From contig MRSU01010611.1 of the NCBI GenBank assembly GCA_008369845.1, positions 62,001-84,779 on the forward strand: a stretch of DNA of 22,779 bases, given 5' to 3'. A program made the position numbers and the translations under genes. Every line of letters begins with the position of its first letter. The stretch's first letter is position 1. Under the pieces are notes generated by a model. It was not told the DNA's origin and made no database searches. It saw only the letters and a program-made list of their open reading frames with translations. Shown here one piece after another: positions 19,785-22,779 of this stretch. Source of the DNA: Trichomonas gallinae (Eukaryota).

Positions 19785-21860
19785 TTATTGAGCATATTCT
19801 CTTTCTATTTTCTCACAATAAACTAATATATCCTCTCCCAGATCATTCTTAGTTTTATCGTCTGGTGCGTTATTAAACTCATCCAGGTAATCCAGGAGAA
19901 AATTGATTTTTCGATTAATTTTTCTCAAATTATTGTCGTCCAACACACTCTCGAGAAGGTTAAGGGCATTGTGAGACTTCTCTTCAACGATCGAATAGCG
20001 AATCATACGGCGATTGGTTTGAATTCTATCAATATCATGTTCAGTCAGTCTTGTTGACTCGTTGGTGATCTGGTAGTACTTGGAATCGCCTTTGATGAAT
20101 GTTTGGACGCTTAAAATGCCGTCAGAATTGATGACCATCGTAACTGTAACATCATCATCGTCATCTGGCATCTTTACCTTGTAATGGCCAATCATCTGGC
20201 ACTCCTCAGGCAACACGCTCTCACCTTGAACAACCTTGATGACAATATATTGCTTGGATCTTGATGCGCGTTGAAATGTCTGTGTATGTCTAATGAGATA
20301 TTCTTCTCCTTTCTTAATCATCTTGAATACCTTGCCATTAACGACAATGCCAATGGAATGAGATGTTCTCTCGTGAATATCTATGTCCAATTCTTGCTCA
20401 TCGGATTCATCTTGTTGATCATCAACGACTTCTTCTGAGTTGTCCGGCGGCGGTGGATATTCGATGGTGTCTGGAGGTGGATGGAAGAGAGGCTCCAAAG
20501 GAGGAACTTCAGGATAAGGATTTGCATATGGAATAAATGTGAATTCTGGAAGATCTGGCATAATAGGATCAATAGATTGGACTGGAGATGAAGTGTCTGG
20601 CGATGCAATGTCCGGATATACAATATCTGGAAGATTCGCATAAGGATTTTCATTATTATAAGCTTGTTTTGTTTTTGGCTTCTTGGATTTCGATTTTTTG
20701 GACGATTTTGCGTTTATGTATGCCTTAATTGCGGCGCCACAAGCTACAGCTTCAAGTTGATTTTCTGATCTGCGCGGCGCGATGTGATATTTCTGATAAA
20801 TGAGATCTGATATGACTGGAATGAGCGATGTGCCCCCAACAAGAACAATTTCATTGATAGTCGACGCATCAAAATTCAATTCACGCATAAGTTCATCGAT
20901 TTTAAGGAAAGATAAGTCTATAATCGGCTTAATGATCTTATTGAATTGATCCTTTGTGATTTTGCCTTGAAATCTCTTATGATTATCTAATAAAATATCG
21001 CAAGTTGATTCTTGCATTCCTGTTGATATTTCTTTCTTGATTTCCTCGCATCTTTCTGTTAATGCGCCCAGATACTTTTTTGCGATTGGAGAATTAGAAT
21101 AAATATCAACTCCTGAAAATTGTTTGAAATCTGCATAAAAATATTCAACGAGCTTGTTGTTTATATCCTGTCCGCCAAGGTGCGAATCACCGTTGTATCC
21201 AAGCACGTCGAACTTGTTTCCTTTGATATTTACCAAAGAAACATCAAAAGTGCCGCCGCCGAAGTCGTAAACGAGGACTTTGTGGTTCCTTCTTTCAGAT
21301 GGAATGTTTCTCATGAAATTAAGGGCTGCTGCTGTTGGTTCTGTCATTAATTTGAAACTTTGAAAACCTGCCATTTTGGCTGCGAGCTTCGTATCAGATT
21401 TCTGACGATCGGTGAAGTACGCGGAAACAGTTATAACAGCACTGCGAATGTCTGCATTCAACGCATCTTGGGCCTTCTTTTTGAGATAGGATAAAATATA
21501 GGAGGAAATCTCTGCTGGTGATATATCTCTTACTTGTCCTTTGAATGCGAGCGAAATAAAAGGATTTCCATTATAGTTTGAAACTCTGAATGGCCAATTT
21601 TTAATATCACTGCGCAATTCATCAAAAGTCTTTCCAAGCATACGCTTACTATCATAAATAGTGGTTTCTGGGTAGATTCTCATACTTTTTTGAGCATCTT
21701 TTCCGTATTTAATCTCTAATCCAAAACCAACGATTGAGGGAACTGAGTATTCATTGTCAATCTTGATCACTTGGACTGATTTCGAGCCGGGATGATAGAC
21801 AGCCACAGATGAAAACGTTGTACCAAGATCTATACCAACGTAAGGACCTTTTTTCGCCAT
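19785..21860 (-). CDS. Divergent Hsp70/DnaK-family protein (691 aa) with Lys/Pro/acidic insertion
   Basis: GIDLGTTFS, DSKRMLG, EPTAAA, VYDFGGGTFDVS, LVGGTSLIP and EAVACGAA, plus a recognisable substrate-binding domain (HSIGI...IKVVQGES...INSDGILSV). The first ATG is at 21860; the track start at 21866 is TTG. Confidence 0.93.
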   Translation of the reverse strand: MAKKGPYVGIDLGTTFSSVAVYHPGSKSVQVIKIDNEYSVPSIVGFGLEIKYGKDAQKSMRIYPETTIYDSKRMLGKTFDELRSDIKNWPFRVSNYNGNPFISLAFKGQVRDISPAEISSYILSYLKKKAQDALNADIRSAVITVSAYFTDRQKSDTKLAAKMAGFQSFKLMTEPTAAALNFMRNIPSERRNHKVLVYDFGGGTFDVSLVNIKGNKFDVLGYNGDSHLGGQDINNKLVEYFYADFKQFSGVDIYSNSPIAKKYLGALTERCEEIKKEISTGMQESTCDILLDNHKRFQGKITKDQFNKIIKPIIDLSFLKIDELMRELNFDASTINEIVLVGGTSLIPVISDLIYQKYHIAPRRSENQLEAVACGAAIKAYINAKSSKKSKSKKPKTKQAYNNENPYANLPDIVYPDIASPDTSSPVQSIDPIMPDLPEFTFIPYANPYPEVPPLEPLFHPPPDTIEYPPPPDNSEEVVDDQQDESDEQELDIDIHERTSHSIGIVVNGKVFKMIKKGEEYLIRHTQTFQRASRSKQYIVIKVVQGESVLPEECQMIGHYKVKMPDDDDDVTVTMVINSDGILSVQTFIKGDSKYYQITNESTRLTEHDIDRIQTNRRMIRYSIVEEKSHNALNLLESVLDDNNLRKINRKINFLLDYLDEFNNAPDDKTKNDLGEDILVYCEKIEREYAQ

Positions 21861-22656
21861 TTTCAATTATATAGTGGACCCTGTTTTATTACATTGTTGA
21901 TGAATATGTGCCAATATAATAAATATGTAATTTGCAACAATAAAAATATATAACAAGGGCTGACACTGACAAAATTTTGAGTCGTAAATTTTTATTTTCA
22001 AATTAAATAGTGGGATAATTAAGGATGTCGTTTTGGAAGATAATTATGACTTTGAAAGGGAGGGGTAAAAAAAAATGACAAAGAAAAAGATTTTTTTGGA
22101 AAATAAAAGTGACTTTTATTTAAGGGGGAGTAATAATTAAAGAGGGGAAATATTTACTGTAATGTAAATCGGCTATCAGTATCCCTATTGACGAGCTAGC
22201 ATATGGTATACCTTTTGATGAAATTTGGCTAATAATCAAATTCAGATCTGATCAAAAATAATGGAAATAATGTTTGATTTCATCGATATTGTGATGCTAA
22301 ACGTTGAATATTTGATGTTATTGAGCGAATTTTTGAAAAATTATTAATGAAAATAGACATTATCATTGTATGAAAAGGGGCAAATCTAATTACAATATTG
22401 CCAAACCTCATAAAACATTGTTCACCTGATTACACATGTCTATTAATGATGAATCAGAAAAGAATAAACAATTGTTTTCTCCCTTCGAGATTGTTGCAAG
22501 AGTCCCAAAGCAATGCCCTTGCAATACAAAGAATTCCATTTGCATCCAAGTGACATAGAAGTATGATGTCTATATATGCTCAAGATTATAAGACTTTGTT
22601 ACAGCGCATAAGTTGTATTTTTTTTCGATCTTACAAAATAACAAAAATTCGATTTT

Positions 22657-22698
22657 AAAAAGTGACAAGATCTAAAAAGTGACTTACCAAAAGGTGAC
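22657..22698 (+). promoter_or_regulatory. Three tandem M2-like motifs AAAArGTGAC
   Basis: AAAAAGTGAC at 22657-22666 and 22674-22683, and AAAAGGTGAC at 22689-22698, just before ATG 22703. Confidence 0.6.
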
Positions 22699-22702
22699 GA
22701 AA

Positions 22703-22779
22703 ATGGACCCTGAGAGATTTGCATCTCTCAAGGCAATTTATGAACAGATCCAAAAAGATCTCAACGGTCCAATCACAGA
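22703..22779 (+). CDS. Start of a gene running off the window (3'-partial)
   Basis: MDPERFASLKAIYEQIQKDLNGPIT..., open to the edge, with a rise in GC and upstream M2-like motifs. Confidence 0.6.
   Translation, partial: MDPERFASLKAIYEQIQKDLNGPIT

Noticed and set aside
22212..22257. TGATGA...CTGA with a terminal stem (C/D snoRNA-like)
   Set aside because: Only about 37 nt from box C to box D, too short for a guide snoRNA, and no rRNA complementarity recognised.
22261..22560. Short ATG ORFs and a TTGCAAG/CTTGCAA hairpin, possible gene remnant
   Set aside because: The ATG-initiated frames I read close within about 40 codons, with no recognisable family.

Overview
AT-rich eukaryotic DNA with no introns detected and the gene families and core-promoter motifs typical of a trichomonad, most likely Trichomonas vaginalis (inferred from the gene families, short AT-rich spacers and Inr/M2/M3/M5-like motifs; not proven). 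There are about 14 protein-coding loci. In order: a 5'-truncated ankyrin protein ending in CaaX, a coiled-coil protein, an F5/8-type-C-like frame with a broken start, a CRIB-STE20 kinase with a C-terminal membrane hairpin, a short E2F, a SENP8/Ulp1-type C48 protease lacking an ATG at its expected start, EFHC/Rib72, a second ankyrin protein, a helical-repeat hypothetical, a candidate NEPRO/RMP64 (RNase MRP subunit) homologue, a probably secreted GH15 glycosidase, a C2-like protein, a divergent Hsp70 with a ~105-aa linker insertion, and a gene start at the right edge. No tRNA, rRNA, CRISPR, transposase or spliceosomal intron was recognised. I see no convincing multi-gene novel system. The best leads are the RNase MRP subunit candidate, the probable non-AUG or lost start of the protease, the membrane-anchored CRIB kinase, and two intergenic arrays of semi-palindromic repeats sharing TTTCTCA.
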